Notes under the pieces: model-generated
The model's input: only the letters and a program-made list of their open reading frames with translations
Database searches by the model: none
Told to the model about the DNA's origin: nothing
Shown: piece after piece, positions 27,080 through 36,003 of the stretch
Position numbering within the stretch: position 1 is the first letter of the stretch
Layout of the letters: the number at the start of each line of letters is the position of its first letter
Assembly: GCA_024614105.1 (NCBI GenBank)
Contig: GCA_024614105.1_4894.1
Source: a phage
DNA: 52,935 bases
Direction: 5' to 3' (one strand)
Position numbers and translations under genes: made by a program

Positions 27080-29047
27080 TTAGTGTGCCTCTGCCCAGTT
27101 ACTTTCTATCTTAGCATCAGTAAGAACAGGTACACGAAGCGGTAACACAGTTTCCATGACCCGTACGAAATCATAGAATCCATCTTCTGCTTGCTTACCA
27201 GTTGGTAGAGAGAAGTTAAGCTCATCGTGTACCGTCAGGCGAGGCACGCCAATCACGTCAAAGTAACCGTCTTCATACCCTTTCAGCATTGCAGACTTCA
27301 TCTGGTCTGCTGACGACCCTTGCAGCACTCGGTTGATTGCTTTGTGGGTGTCTGCCAGTTTAATGTTTGGACCATACTCCTGACGTGCTTCTTCAAATGG
27401 TAAAGGCGTCTTACCGAATCCACCACGTTTTGGGACCCATTTGTTGAACCACGTCTTCCGGCCCATAAAGGTTTCTACATACCCCTGGCTATAACATAAA
27501 TCTTCATAATGCTTCATGGTAGCACCAATGAATGGTGCACCCTGATGGTACGCCTTCAGAACAGGTTCTGCTTCTTCAGGCGTCATTGCTAACTTACGGG
27601 CAAGAGCATTAAGCATCATGCCATATAACAAACCAAAGTTGATGGTCTTGGCCGGCTTACGCTCTATAACGTGACCTGAGGCTTCCTTGATAATATCGAC
27701 CATAACATTGTGGTAATCTGCTTCCGGGTTAGCCGCGAAAATTGCTCGTAACTCATCAGCGCCCGGGCCGACTGCAAAATGCGCCATGAATCGATATTCA
27801 ATTTGGGCGTAGTCTGCTGATCCCCATCTATGTCCGACGTCCGGTACGAAACAAGCACGAAGGAGTGGTCCCAGTATTTTGTGTCTAGACGGTATATTCT
27901 GCAGATTAGGGTCAGATGAGCTAAACCGACCACTAACGGTTCCACCGTCATCACCGCGCATTTGATGGAATTGACCGTGAAGGAAGCCATTTGTATTCAT
28001 CCCCAATATGTAGCCACGAATAAACGTGGACTGGATTTTCTCATAAGACTTAATCTCAGACACCAGTTCCGCAAACGGATGGTGCAAGCCTGCTAAGAAG
28101 TCTGCCGTAAACGACGGATTACCCGCCGCTGTTCTGAAGTACTCCAGACCTAAATGGTCAAATGCAAGAGCTAAGTCCGGACCTGAGTTAACGTTAATGT
28201 TAAAACCAATCTGGTCTTTAATCTGCTGGTGCATTTTCCTTATTTCAGCGCTAAGCGTATCATCCGCCTCCTTGGCCTTGTCAAGGTCAACACGTACACC
28301 TGCAAAACGCATCTTAAGCATTAATGGAATGAGTTTGCACTCCATATAGAATACGTCTGTTAAACACCAGCGACTTAACAATGGCCACTGGGCTTTGATA
28401 ATGTGTATTGGTAAGTCGGCGTCAGATTCAGCATAGTAACCCACAAGACGAGGAGGCGTTTTGTAGATGTACTTTCTGGCTTCACCTGTTGGCTTACAGC
28501 CATAAGCATCTGAAATCCATTGGTACATCTCGGCTGAGTCTTTACCTTCGCCTACATATTTTCGTCCAAGTCCTTCAAGTGCAACACGCGCGCCTGGGTC
28601 AAGTAATGCTTCCGCGAATTGTACATCCATGCACAATCCTTTAACTTCCACGCCTTCTGCTGCAAGCCAGCCCAAGTCATATGTGATGTTAGCACCGACT
28701 TTAACTTGGTTAGGTCGCGAGAGTTCGAGCCGAAGCCAACCAAGTACTTCCTCAACTGGAAGGTTATCCTCTTCGCCGAGCTCGTGTCTGATTGGGTAGT
28801 AAGCTTTGAAGCCGTTGTCCGTAGCGATACTAACTCCAACGATATGACCCTCCCTCCTGGCCCAACCACTACCATTTGTATCCATCCCTGGGTCGTATGT
28901 TTCACAGTCAAGACCGATAATCTTTGCAGAAGACAAGTCCGGGTAATGCGCGCGCGGCCGCCATCCAGTATCCCTGACGTATGGGATAGGACGGCTGATA
29001 GGTTTAACATTCTTTGCACCTTCGAAGCTATCGAATAAAAAGCTCAT
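27080..29047 (-). CDS. DNA polymerase, family A, with 3'-5' exonuclease domain
   Basis: 655 aa; exo motif IIGLDCETY; polymerase motifs DYAQIEYRF, KTINFGLLYG and VHDE; ATGA coupling with upstream gene. Confidence 0.9.
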   Translation of the reverse strand: MSFLFDSFEGAKNVKPISRPIPYVRDTGWRPRAHYPDLSSAKIIGLDCETYDPGMDTNGSGWARREGHIVGVSIATDNGFKAYYPIRHELGEEDNLPVEEVLGWLRLELSRPNQVKVGANITYDLGWLAAEGVEVKGLCMDVQFAEALLDPGARVALEGLGRKYVGEGKDSAEMYQWISDAYGCKPTGEARKYIYKTPPRLVGYYAESDADLPIHIIKAQWPLLSRWCLTDVFYMECKLIPLMLKMRFAGVRVDLDKAKEADDTLSAEIRKMHQQIKDQIGFNINVNSGPDLALAFDHLGLEYFRTAAGNPSFTADFLAGLHHPFAELVSEIKSYEKIQSTFIRGYILGMNTNGFLHGQFHQMRGDDGGTVSGRFSSSDPNLQNIPSRHKILGPLLRACFVPDVGHRWGSADYAQIEYRFMAHFAVGPGADELRAIFAANPEADYHNVMVDIIKEASGHVIERKPAKTINFGLLYGMMLNALARKLAMTPEEAEPVLKAYHQGAPFIGATMKHYEDLCYSQGYVETFMGRKTWFNKWVPKRGGFGKTPLPFEEARQEYGPNIKLADTHKAINRVLQGSSADQMKSAMLKGYEDGYFDVIGVPRLTVHDELNFSLPTGKQAEDGFYDFVRVMETVLPLRVPVLTDAKIESNWAEAH

Positions 29048-30042
29048 CAGTCCCCTCTCACATACGCAATTACAACTGTACGAGTTGAGTTTTCCATTTT
29101 GAGCGCCTGACTACCAAGTCCTATTCTTTCCATGCCTTTAGCCAGTTTACTCATCTGACTAATAACACAGTTGAATGGTTTACTAAACTTAGTCGACTGG
29201 AACTTAATGTCGACGGACATCTTTGGAATAATCTTATCTGGTAAGTCTGCCTTTGCAGTTGACTCACCTGTTATCTCCAGAATGGCTTGACCTTCGTCGT
29301 ACCCAGTAAGCTGGTCCATGACTTCCAGGAACTCAGGAGTGATGGCCTGCATATCCATTTCCATATTGAAGAACTTCGATACGTCTGGCCATTTGGCTGC
29401 AAGTACCGGGGCATCCATCTGTACACCATCCGCAAAGCCGAAGAACATCTGGCCGCGGGCGTATCCTACACTTGTGGGTTCCATCTTCAGCTTAACCAGA
29501 GCCTCAAGCATTGGTTTGGCTATGGCACATTCAAATTCAAAATCTACGTTCAACTTCTCGCGTATCATATACTTACCGTTAGTAGCGTAAGCATAACCAT
29601 CGCGCAGAAGTAAAGATGTAGCCCATACCTGCGGTGCTTCGTTAGGTACCCACTTGGCTAAGGCAGTTAATACCGGGAGTAATTCGCCATGCGCTGAATA
29701 CCAGTTGTTAACTGTAGCAAGCGGCGGTATTGGTTCATTAAGCGCTTGCATTCTTGTTTTAAGTACACCTGCTGTGACTGTGAGGTTTCCAGCGGCTGTA
29801 ATGTTAAAAGTAATCTGTTCAGTTCTTGCCGCATTAACGGCCTTACGAAATGATTCAGCATCCACTTGCAGGTCTGGGAATCCTTTACATGGCGCTCGTA
29901 GTAATACGTTCTTGTAGTATGAATGGATTGTTCCGTCTGCAATCCATATTTTGCCCATAAGACCACTATCAGTATACTTGATGGGACGAGCTTGTTGAAC
30001 GGCAGTCTGTATTTGTTTGGTGTCATAGTTAAACTTGCTCAT
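29047..30042 (-). CDS. hypothetical protein, translationally coupled to DNA polymerase
   Basis: 331 aa; start directly preceded by a GC hairpin with UUCG loop and no clear SD; no motif recognised. Confidence 0.5.
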   Translation of the reverse strand: MSKFNYDTKQIQTAVQQARPIKYTDSGLMGKIWIADGTIHSYYKNVLLRAPCKGFPDLQVDAESFRKAVNAARTEQITFNITAAGNLTVTAGVLKTRMQALNEPIPPLATVNNWYSAHGELLPVLTALAKWVPNEAPQVWATSLLLRDGYAYATNGKYMIREKLNVDFEFECAIAKPMLEALVKLKMEPTSVGYARGQMFFGFADGVQMDAPVLAAKWPDVSKFFNMEMDMQAITPEFLEVMDQLTGYDEGQAILEITGESTAKADLPDKIIPKMSVDIKFQSTKFSKPFNCVISQMSKLAKGMERIGLGSQALKMENSTRTVVIAYVRGD

Positions 30043-30049
30043 AGTATAA

Positions 30050-30065
30050 CGGGGCCGAAGCCCCG
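30050..30065 (-). terminator. GC hairpin with UUCG loop between TS-family gene and downstream gene (attenuator/stability element)
   Basis: Minus strand CGGGGC-UUCG-GCCCCG, no long U-run. Confidence 0.35.
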
Positions 30066-30072
30066 CTCCATC

Positions 30073-30957
30073 TTATACGGCCATTTGGAGTTTGATGTTC
30101 GGCATAGGTTTGTATTTCTCAACCATTGGCGTAACATCGGCAGGAGTGAAGTCAAACACTGACACGTCGTAAATTGCGTTAATGTCAGGACGACCTTCAA
30201 AGTTAGTGTCCAGTGTAGTATCAGAATTGCTTACGATACGTTGCAGGAAAATCTTTGCCGCATCGATATGATTCTGATAGATGTGGTAATCGCCCAGCGT
30301 AACAGTCATATCGCCTACACCAGTACCAAGCTCAGCAGCAATGGTAATTTGCAACATCTGATGCAGCAGAATATCGTGAGGTAGGCCGAGAATAACATCC
30401 GCGCTACGCATGTGGAACATCAGCTCTAGTTCATTACGGTTGTTAATGAACAGCTGAAAACCATGGTAGCAAGGCGGAAGGGCCATGGCGTCCATCTCTT
30501 GTGGGTTCCACGCCGTAATGTACGCCCGGCGGTCAGTAGGCTTAACCTTCAGCGTTTCAATAACGTCTTTAAGCTGGTTAGTAAGAACACCATTCTTATA
30601 GAATGGCTTAATCCATTGCACGCCGTACACAGGACCTAAGTCACGGTTGTCTGGCGTACCCCAACGTTTGTTTGCATCCTGCAGGTTACCTTCCCACCAG
30701 TTGCAGCCAAAGCCTTTGAGCGTGTCGACGTTTGAAATGCCGTTGATAAAGCAATAAAGCTCAGCAGCAACAGCTTTGATGTTAACAGGCTTAAACACCG
30801 GCACCATCAGTTTGTTGTCGTTGAAAGCCAGCTTAAATGCTGTACCAAAACAACGGCGGGTACCAACACCTGTACGGTCTACAACATCCTCGCCTTTACG
30901 CAGGATAAAAGAAATGATGTCGCTGTAAAGAGAATCGACAGTGCTGTATGTTTTCAT
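30073..30957 (-). CDS. thymidylate synthase-family enzyme with Asp at the Asn177-equivalent position (candidate dCMP hydroxymethylase/methylase)
   Basis: 294 aa; DLGPVYGVQW and ALPPCYHGFQLF (catalytic Cys) motifs; RSADVILGLPHD aligns gap-free to E. coli RSCDVFLGLPFN, placing Asp where ThyA has Asn. Confidence 0.75.
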   Translation of the reverse strand: MKTYSTVDSLYSDIISFILRKGEDVVDRTGVGTRRCFGTAFKLAFNDNKLMVPVFKPVNIKAVAAELYCFINGISNVDTLKGFGCNWWEGNLQDANKRWGTPDNRDLGPVYGVQWIKPFYKNGVLTNQLKDVIETLKVKPTDRRAYITAWNPQEMDAMALPPCYHGFQLFINNRNELELMFHMRSADVILGLPHDILLHQMLQITIAAELGTGVGDMTVTLGDYHIYQNHIDAAKIFLQRIVSNSDTTLDTNFEGRPDINAIYDVSVFDFTPADVTPMVEKYKPMPNIKLQMAV

Positions 30958-31550
30958 TAAAACAGTTCCTTTTGAGCCGGGTTAACGTGTGCGTCGATGA
31001 TGGCCTGGATGTCAGGTGCTTTCCATCCTTCAGGCTTAACAATATCCTGACCAGACTTATGCTTACTGTTGCTTGCATCAGGCTTAGCACGCTCTTTCGC
31101 CATGTTAGCAGTCTGTACCGCATCCCATGCAGCATCAAGCGGCCAGTTGTTGTTTGCACACCAGGTAATCAGGTGGATAATTAACTGGGCCAGACGGTCG
31201 CAATGGGTGTCTTCAGTATCTTTAACGTATACGATAAGACCATCAGCATCGAAGCGGTCCATAAATCCGCATGGCGTGGTTAACAGAATCGGATACTCAA
31301 ATTCGTTGGTGAACCATGCAGTCTGGTCATACAGGTATAACGTACCTGCAGCAATATAAATTAAATCTACAATACCGTCTAAGAATCCAGCTTTGTCGCC
31401 ATCCTTCTTAGCTTGCTTAATTTCTTCCATCTCCTCAATAAGACGGTCGTAGCGAAGCTTGAACTCAGGTTTACCGCCTTGGCTAACAGGCTTGAGGTCA
31501 AACTTCTCATGAAAAGCGGTAACGCCTGCAGCAATTTTACTGAATCGCAT
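30957..31550 (-). CDS. MazG-like nucleoside triphosphate pyrophosphohydrolase
   Basis: 197 aa; EExxE-type motif LIEEMEEIKQ and DGIVDLIY; TAATG coupling to the TS-family gene. Confidence 0.6.
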   Translation of the reverse strand: MRFSKIAAGVTAFHEKFDLKPVSQGGKPEFKLRYDRLIEEMEEIKQAKKDGDKAGFLDGIVDLIYIAAGTLYLYDQTAWFTNEFEYPILLTTPCGFMDRFDADGLIVYVKDTEDTHCDRLAQLIIHLITWCANNNWPLDAAWDAVQTANMAKERAKPDASNSKHKSGQDIVKPEGWKAPDIQAIIDAHVNPAQKELF

Positions 31551-31935
31551 TTCGTAACTCCTTACAAACAGTTTCGATAAACTTACGTTTAATTTCTGTA
31601 GACCAGATAATATGACGAGCCTGTTCTAAAGTGTCCCAACGTTCTTTACCCACAGGAAAGGGAACAATGAAAAGGCCGGTACGGGATATGCGCTTGATAA
31701 ACGGGAATTTACAGCGCATGGTTGTTTCAAACTTGATAAAGTTTGTTTGCACTTCGCGTGTAAACTTGACCTTATCAAATTCATGTTCAAGAGTTTGAGC
31801 AATGTTGCATACTTCCTGGAAAGAAGATGCAGGCAAGTAATCTTCGCGGCCGACTGTGTTCACGTAGTCGATTTGGCCCTCTAGCCGAAGTATCCAAATC
31901 CTGTAATAAGCTTCAGCAACACGTTGTAGGTTCAT
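31537..31935 (-). CDS. hypothetical protein
   Basis: 132 aa; RBS AGAGGAGAG; first gene after promoter at 31962-31990. Confidence 0.45.
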   Translation of the reverse strand: MNLQRVAEAYYRIWILRLEGQIDYVNTVGREDYLPASSFQEVCNIAQTLEHEFDKVKFTREVQTNFIKFETTMRCKFPFIKRISRTGLFIVPFPVGKERWDTLEQARHIIWSTEIKRKFIETVCKELRNAIQ

Positions 31936-31961
31936 TGTATCTCTCCTCTAAAAGATAACTT

Positions 31962-31990
31962 ATTATACCACATCACTCTCTAGTGGTAAA
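31962..31990 (-). promoter_or_regulatory. sigma70-type promoter with CCAC/GTGG dyad in spacer
   Basis: Minus strand: TTTACC (rc of 31985-31990), 17-nt spacer, TATAAT (rc of 31962-31967). Confidence 0.5.
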
Positions 31991-32010
31991 GCACTTTTTA
32001 CGCTTCTGGT

Positions 32011-32046
32011 AAAAATAAAAAGGACCAGCGTTAACTGGTCCTTTTG
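32011..32046. terminator. bidirectional intrinsic terminator
   Basis: AGGACCAG / CTGGTCCT stem flanked by A-run (32011-32020) and T-run. Confidence 0.6.
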
Positions 32047-32274
32047 GCAGGGTGGCGTAAGGAGATACAAGGCATCGTAACTATGCAACCAGGCAGCGCA
32101 TATGAGATTGGCCAAAAGATTTACCATTTTAATCCCCGCGACGAGACGAAAAGGAGGTGTCATCGAGTAGCCAATCACATATGCGTTACTTGCTGTGTGC
32201 TCTCACCGCAGAAAGTATAGAGCGTTGCGCTTATTACACCGATGGAGTGGCAAAAGCACACAGCGAGTACAACC

Positions 32275-32359
32275 TTAGTTGTGGTGTCTTAGCACCTGAG
32301 TTATTGTGGATAACCTGCACCCGACGGGTGTCAAAAAGATACGCCAAAACACCACAACT
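32275..32359. repeat. long-range inverted repeat TAGTTGTGGTG / CACCACAACTA
   Basis: 11-mer at 32276-32286 and its reverse complement at 32348-32358 enclosing about 60 nt. Confidence 0.4.
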
Positions 32360-32382
32360 AAAATTGTGACCGCCGTCTACAC

Positions 32383-32394
32383 CAGGCGCCTGGG
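32383..32394. repeat. perfect 12-bp palindrome CCAGGCGCCTGG
   Basis: Self-complementary dodecamer in the 570-bp noncoding region next to the tRNA-like element. Confidence 0.5.
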
Positions 32395-32421
32395 GTCAAG
32401 GTAGCGAGCCAATACCCTTTT

Positions 32422-32516
32422 TCAGCGTCGGAGGAATCGAACCTCACACATCACGGCTTTTACCAAATCTCGGTCAGCGAGCAGAATTGAACTGCATTCA
32501 CTGGACACCCTCACTG
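32422..32516 (-). tRNA. tRNA-like element (canonical T-arm; cloverleaf not resolved, possibly intron-containing or degenerate)
   Basis: Minus-strand GGTTCGATTCC T-loop motif (rc of 32433-32443) with 4-bp T-stem and a 5/7-paired acceptor candidate; D and anticodon arms could not be built by hand. Confidence 0.3.
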
Positions 32517-32613
32517 TTTCAACACACCAGGCTTAATTGATTGTTGATAAGAAGAGAGATGTAAGGATGTCCATTGAATGCACCTCCGTAGAGGTGCGTT
32601 CAGATCAGCGCTA

Positions 32614-33081
32614 TTATTCAGCAACTTCTTCGTTGTCGCCTTCGATCGCGCCAGCCAGTTTAGCAGCTTCAGCTTTAGCAGCTTCTGCTTTCTGACGAGC
32701 TTTTTCAGCTTTCTCTTCAGCTTTGCGAATCTGCTCAGCAGCTTTCGCTTCGGCTTTTTCAGCTTTGATGCGAGCACGCTCTTCAGCTTTACGCTGTTTT
32801 TCAGCGGCTTTAGCAGCATCGCGTTCTGCTTTAGCGGTATCAACACGCTTAGCCAGAACCTTACCAGTGGCTTTACGCCAGTAGGTCAGCTGGGAAGAAA
32901 CAGTACCACGGGACATTTCGGTAGTGGCAACAACTTCGTCCATAACGTCAGAGCTGGACTTGCCTTCTTCATGAGCTTTATCAGCCAGGTCCCATACGTA
33001 ACGCGCACCAGTACCAGCTGCCGGATACAGTACGCCGTTAACTTCTTCTTTACCAGTTACAAAAGTCAGTTTCTCGCTCAT
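32614..33081 (-). CDS. DNA-binding protein with Lys/Ala/Glu-rich repetitive C-terminal tail (histone H1-like)
   Basis: Start at ATG 33081 (MSEKLTF) with RBS GAGGA; C-terminal AEKA/KAEE repeats mirrored by cagcttt DNA repeats. Confidence 0.5.
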   Translation of the reverse strand: MSEKLTFVTGKEEVNGVLYPAAGTGARYVWDLADKAHEEGKSSSDVMDEVVATTEMSRGTVSSQLTYWRKATGKVLAKRVDTAKAERDAAKAAEKQRKAEERARIKAEKAEAKAAEQIRKAEEKAEKARQKAEAAKAEAAKLAGAIEGDNEEVAE

Positions 33082-33129
33082 AATTTTTTCCTCGTCTACA
33101 GGGCTTAATGTTTGTTCGTTACGTGAGTT

Positions 33130-33158
33130 AATATACGTCATTTAAAAGAGTGTGTAAA
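33130..33158 (-). promoter_or_regulatory. sigma70-type promoter (TTTACA-N17-TATATT)
   Basis: Minus strand -35 = rc of 33153-33158, -10 = rc of 33130-33135. Confidence 0.45.
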
Positions 33159-33187
33159 CACCTTTTTTAAACTTTTTTCATTAGTGT

Positions 33188-33415
33188 CTAGAAAGGCACA
33201 TCATAGTCAAAAAGTTTACATCCGGAAGACAGGACCGCCGGCGGTGGTGTTTTGCCTCCGGATAATAGACAACCTCCTGCCTGAAAACTACGGCAGTTTG
33301 CACAGCTCATATCCTGCAAGTATATAATAAGCTGTCGGCGAACATGCCGTGGTAAAGCTTTAGCCTGGGTTGCTACCCGTTCAAATAGTTCTCTGTCATC
33401 GAGCGCCATAGCCAT
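33188..33415 (-). CDS. hypothetical small Cys-containing protein
   Basis: 75 aa; overlaps helicase 3' end by 20 nt; weak support. Confidence 0.3.
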   Translation of the reverse strand: MAMALDDRELFERVATQAKALPRHVRRQLIIYLQDMSCANCRSFQAGGCLLSGGKTPPPAVLSSGCKLFDYDVPF

Positions 33416-35066
33416 TTCCCCAGTCGTAGTTCATGATTTGTGGGTAGGGTCGTTTAATCCATACCTTGATGCGCTTAGGAATAGCCAGCTCACCCTTACG
33501 GCGAATAAACTCATCGCATGTTTCAGGCGGTTCTGTTCCTGCAGCATTACGCCACCAGGCATCTGCCATTTGCTTAGCATTACCATGGGCCTCTATATTT
33601 ACCCAAGTTGTGTACACTTCCAGGTTTGAGTAGTACACAACCTTTATACTGTCAGGCCGTCCCTGCTTCTGGAATAAAGAATAGTTTACCAGCGTAACAT
33701 CTTTATCCACAACACGAAGCTGACCGTTAGTCATTACCTCTTCCTCAGATGAGGTGAAGGCAATAGCAGGTCCGTTAACTGTAAACTCAAATTCATGTCC
33801 GCACATCGGATATACACCATTCTCGTCTGGTGTACTTCCTTTAGCCGGATGCTTACACGTACGAGCAGCATAGCCACTTACCTGGTGGCAGATAGGGCAC
33901 TCTTTACCGCCAGGTGTTTTCTCTGACCGTTTCTTTTTCTTCTTACCAAGACGCGGCGGAACAGCCGGGTCGTCAATAGGTCCAAGGTCAATGGTGTTAG
34001 ATGTAAAGTCCATAACAAGACAGTCATGCTTGCCAGGCGCTGTACGTAATCCTCGACCAAGTATCTGCACCCACAAAGCAACAGACGTGGACGGGCGCAA
34101 GATGCCGAGCATATCAATTTCAGGGTAGTCAAATCCTGTCGTCAATACGTTTACGTTTACGCAGACCCTGGCTCGTCCGCTTGTAAACTCTTCCAGTGCG
34201 GCTTCGCGTTCTTTCTTTGTAAGACCACCATGCACAACTACAGTCTGCCACCCGCGCAGATTAAACTCGTCTGCTATGTTGTGGGCGTGCTCAACACTTG
34301 TGGCAAATACAAGAACGTGGTTCCTGTCTTTACCGTAGTGCATCATCTCACGAATAGCCGCGACTGTTATACTATGCTGGTTGGCTACCTTCTCAAGCTC
34401 TGACGGGATATAGTCACCCATCCTTTCGCCAACATTACTGGTGTCAATCTTGGTTAACACTTTCTTGTTGACCAGGCGTGACAGGAAGCCTTCATTTACC
34501 AGTCTGGTGAATGCGTCAGGTGTTGTAAGGTCATAGCAGATGTCGGTAAATATACCACAGTCCAGCAAGTGACCACCTGCAAGGCGATACGGAGTTGCTG
34601 TAAGTCCTGTTACTTTTACCTTAGGATTAAGCTCTTTGAAGTGAGCAATAACCTTACGGTATGTTGTTTCAGACTTCTCAGGAACAAGATGGGCTTCGTC
34701 AATGAATATAAGATTGAACTTACCTGCTTCTTCCAGGTTCTTAATGATTGACTGTACTGATGCTACAACGATACGACCTGAAAAGTCTTTATGTCCTGCA
34801 CCTGAAGAGTAGATTGATACTGGTGCTTGTGGCCAGTGACGAACAATCGCTTTGGCGTCTTGTTCAACCAGCTCCTTGACGTGAGTCAGTATAAGAATAC
34901 GCTGACGCGGATAGCTGGTAAGAATATCCTTCATCAGCATACCAAGCACAGGTGACTTGCCTGAACCTGTTGGCATGACAATAAGTGGGTTACCACTATA
35001 AGAATTGAAGTACGACCACCAAGCTGTGACCGCTTCTTGTTGATACCAGCGAGCTTCAAAAGCCAT
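33396..35066 (-). CDS. superfamily 2 DNA helicase (DEAH box)
   Basis: 556 aa; Walker A PTGSGKS, DEAH in FIDEAHLV, C-terminal Cys cluster (CPICHQ...C...C); RBS GAGGAG. Confidence 0.85.
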   Translation of the reverse strand: MAFEARWYQQEAVTAWWSYFNSYSGNPLIVMPTGSGKSPVLGMLMKDILTSYPRQRILILTHVKELVEQDAKAIVRHWPQAPVSIYSSGAGHKDFSGRIVVASVQSIIKNLEEAGKFNLIFIDEAHLVPEKSETTYRKVIAHFKELNPKVKVTGLTATPYRLAGGHLLDCGIFTDICYDLTTPDAFTRLVNEGFLSRLVNKKVLTKIDTSNVGERMGDYIPSELEKVANQHSITVAAIREMMHYGKDRNHVLVFATSVEHAHNIADEFNLRGWQTVVVHGGLTKKEREAALEEFTSGRARVCVNVNVLTTGFDYPEIDMLGILRPSTSVALWVQILGRGLRTAPGKHDCLVMDFTSNTIDLGPIDDPAVPPRLGKKKKKRSEKTPGGKECPICHQVSGYAARTCKHPAKGSTPDENGVYPMCGHEFEFTVNGPAIAFTSSEEEVMTNGQLRVVDKDVTLVNYSLFQKQGRPDSIKVVYYSNLEVYTTWVNIEAHGNAKQMADAWWRNAAGTEPPETCDEFIRRKGELAIPKRIKVWIKRPYPQIMNYDWGNGYGAR

Positions 35067-35092
35067 TTAACGTCTCCTCATTAACTTCATAT

Positions 35093-35121
35093 ATTATACC
35101 ACTTCCTTGTGGTGATGTATA
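35093..35121 (-). promoter_or_regulatory. promoter with CACCAC/GTGGTA dyad and TATAAT -10
   Basis: Minus strand -10 TATAAT = rc of 35093-35098; -35 weak (TATACA); dyad in spacer. Confidence 0.4.
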
Positions 35122-35124
35122 CTT

Positions 35125-36003
35125 TTATTTTAAGGAAAGTTTAACGGGCTTCTCATCCTGTGGGAAGACATCAGCAGGGCGATACTCATCGCAAGCCGCT
35201 AATTGCTCTTCGATTGTTTCGAGCTCTTTCTGATGCTTGTTGCAGTACCACACTTTGCCCTGAAGCGGTTTACTGTAATGGCAGGTTCTGCAGTTCCTGT
35301 CTGGCATTGCTCCTTTGTGGCACAGGTGATGGTATTCGCACATCCCTGGTTTGCACTCCCACCAAATAGGCGATTCAGAAATCTTCGGCATATCCAAACC
35401 AGATTCCGCATATACAACAGCCTCCGCTTTACTCAGTTGTATGTCGCTTTCCAGTAAGTCAATATCGACCACTTCAAAATACATCTCGTCAGTGTTCTTA
35501 TTGATTGCAATGTACACAGCTTGATTCAGCTTAAGCTTCCGCATGTATACCTGCATCTGGGCGTAGTGTACCGGCTTACTTGCTTTAACAGACTTGAGCT
35601 TGACTAACTCTTTAAACGACTTATCACCATGCGTCTTGAATTCAGCAAGTGCCCATACGCCTTTGTATTTAATTACACAGTCACAAGACCCGGAGAAGAT
35701 GTCATTGAATTCGTGTATGCGCCATTGCTTACCCGTCTTGGGATTGACGTCCAGCACTTCGTCACATACGGTGCGAAGCCACTTTACAATTCTGCTTTCT
35801 TCAAGGTTACCACGTTCAAACAGACGAAGTTGCTTAGCAGAAAACTTCTCCTTGAACGACCAGTGCAGAACGTGCCAAAGATAGCGATAGCAGTTGTGTC
35901 CTATCTGCGATGCTCCAAGATGCCCGCGTCGCTCTTCTCTTTCGTGGGCTTCGACTATCTTGATGTCGATACGCTTCTGCAGGTCGTCAAACGGACTGGG
36001 CAT
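35125..36003 (-). CDS. PD-(D/E)xK nuclease with C-terminal Cys cluster (Cas4/RecB-like exonuclease)
   Basis: Start at ATG 36003 with RBS GAGGAG; ..D..V...G.WALAEFKT.. core; C-terminal C-x7-C-x5-C...C-x2-C cluster. Confidence 0.6.
   Translation of the reverse strand: MPSPFDDLQKRIDIKIVEAHEREERRGHLGASQIGHNCYRYLWHVLHWSFKEKFSAKQLRLFERGNLEESRIVKWLRTVCDEVLDVNPKTGKQWRIHEFNDIFSGSCDCVIKYKGVWALAEFKTHGDKSFKELVKLKSVKASKPVHYAQMQVYMRKLKLNQAVYIAINKNTDEMYFEVVDIDLLESDIQLSKAEAVVYAESGLDMPKISESPIWWECKPGMCEYHHLCHKGAMPDRNCRTCHYSKPLQGKVWYCNKHQKELETIEEQLAACDEYRPADVFPQDEKPVKLSLK

Noticed and set aside
31963-32178. Minus-strand 71-aa ORF
   Set aside because: It spans the promoter 31962-31990 and the bidirectional terminator 32011-32046; incompatible with both.
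32157-32369. Plus-strand 70-aa ORF in the noncoding island
   Set aside because: The track start is a GTG inside an RBS-like AAGGAGG; the first ATG is 21 nt from that RBS; it is antisense to the surrounding minus-strand block and overlaps the palindrome region. Could be real but unsupported.
32422-32516. Calling a definite tRNA with anticodon
   Set aside because: Only the T-arm and a partial acceptor stem could be paired; D and anticodon arms could not be found by hand, so it is reported only as tRNA-like at low confidence.
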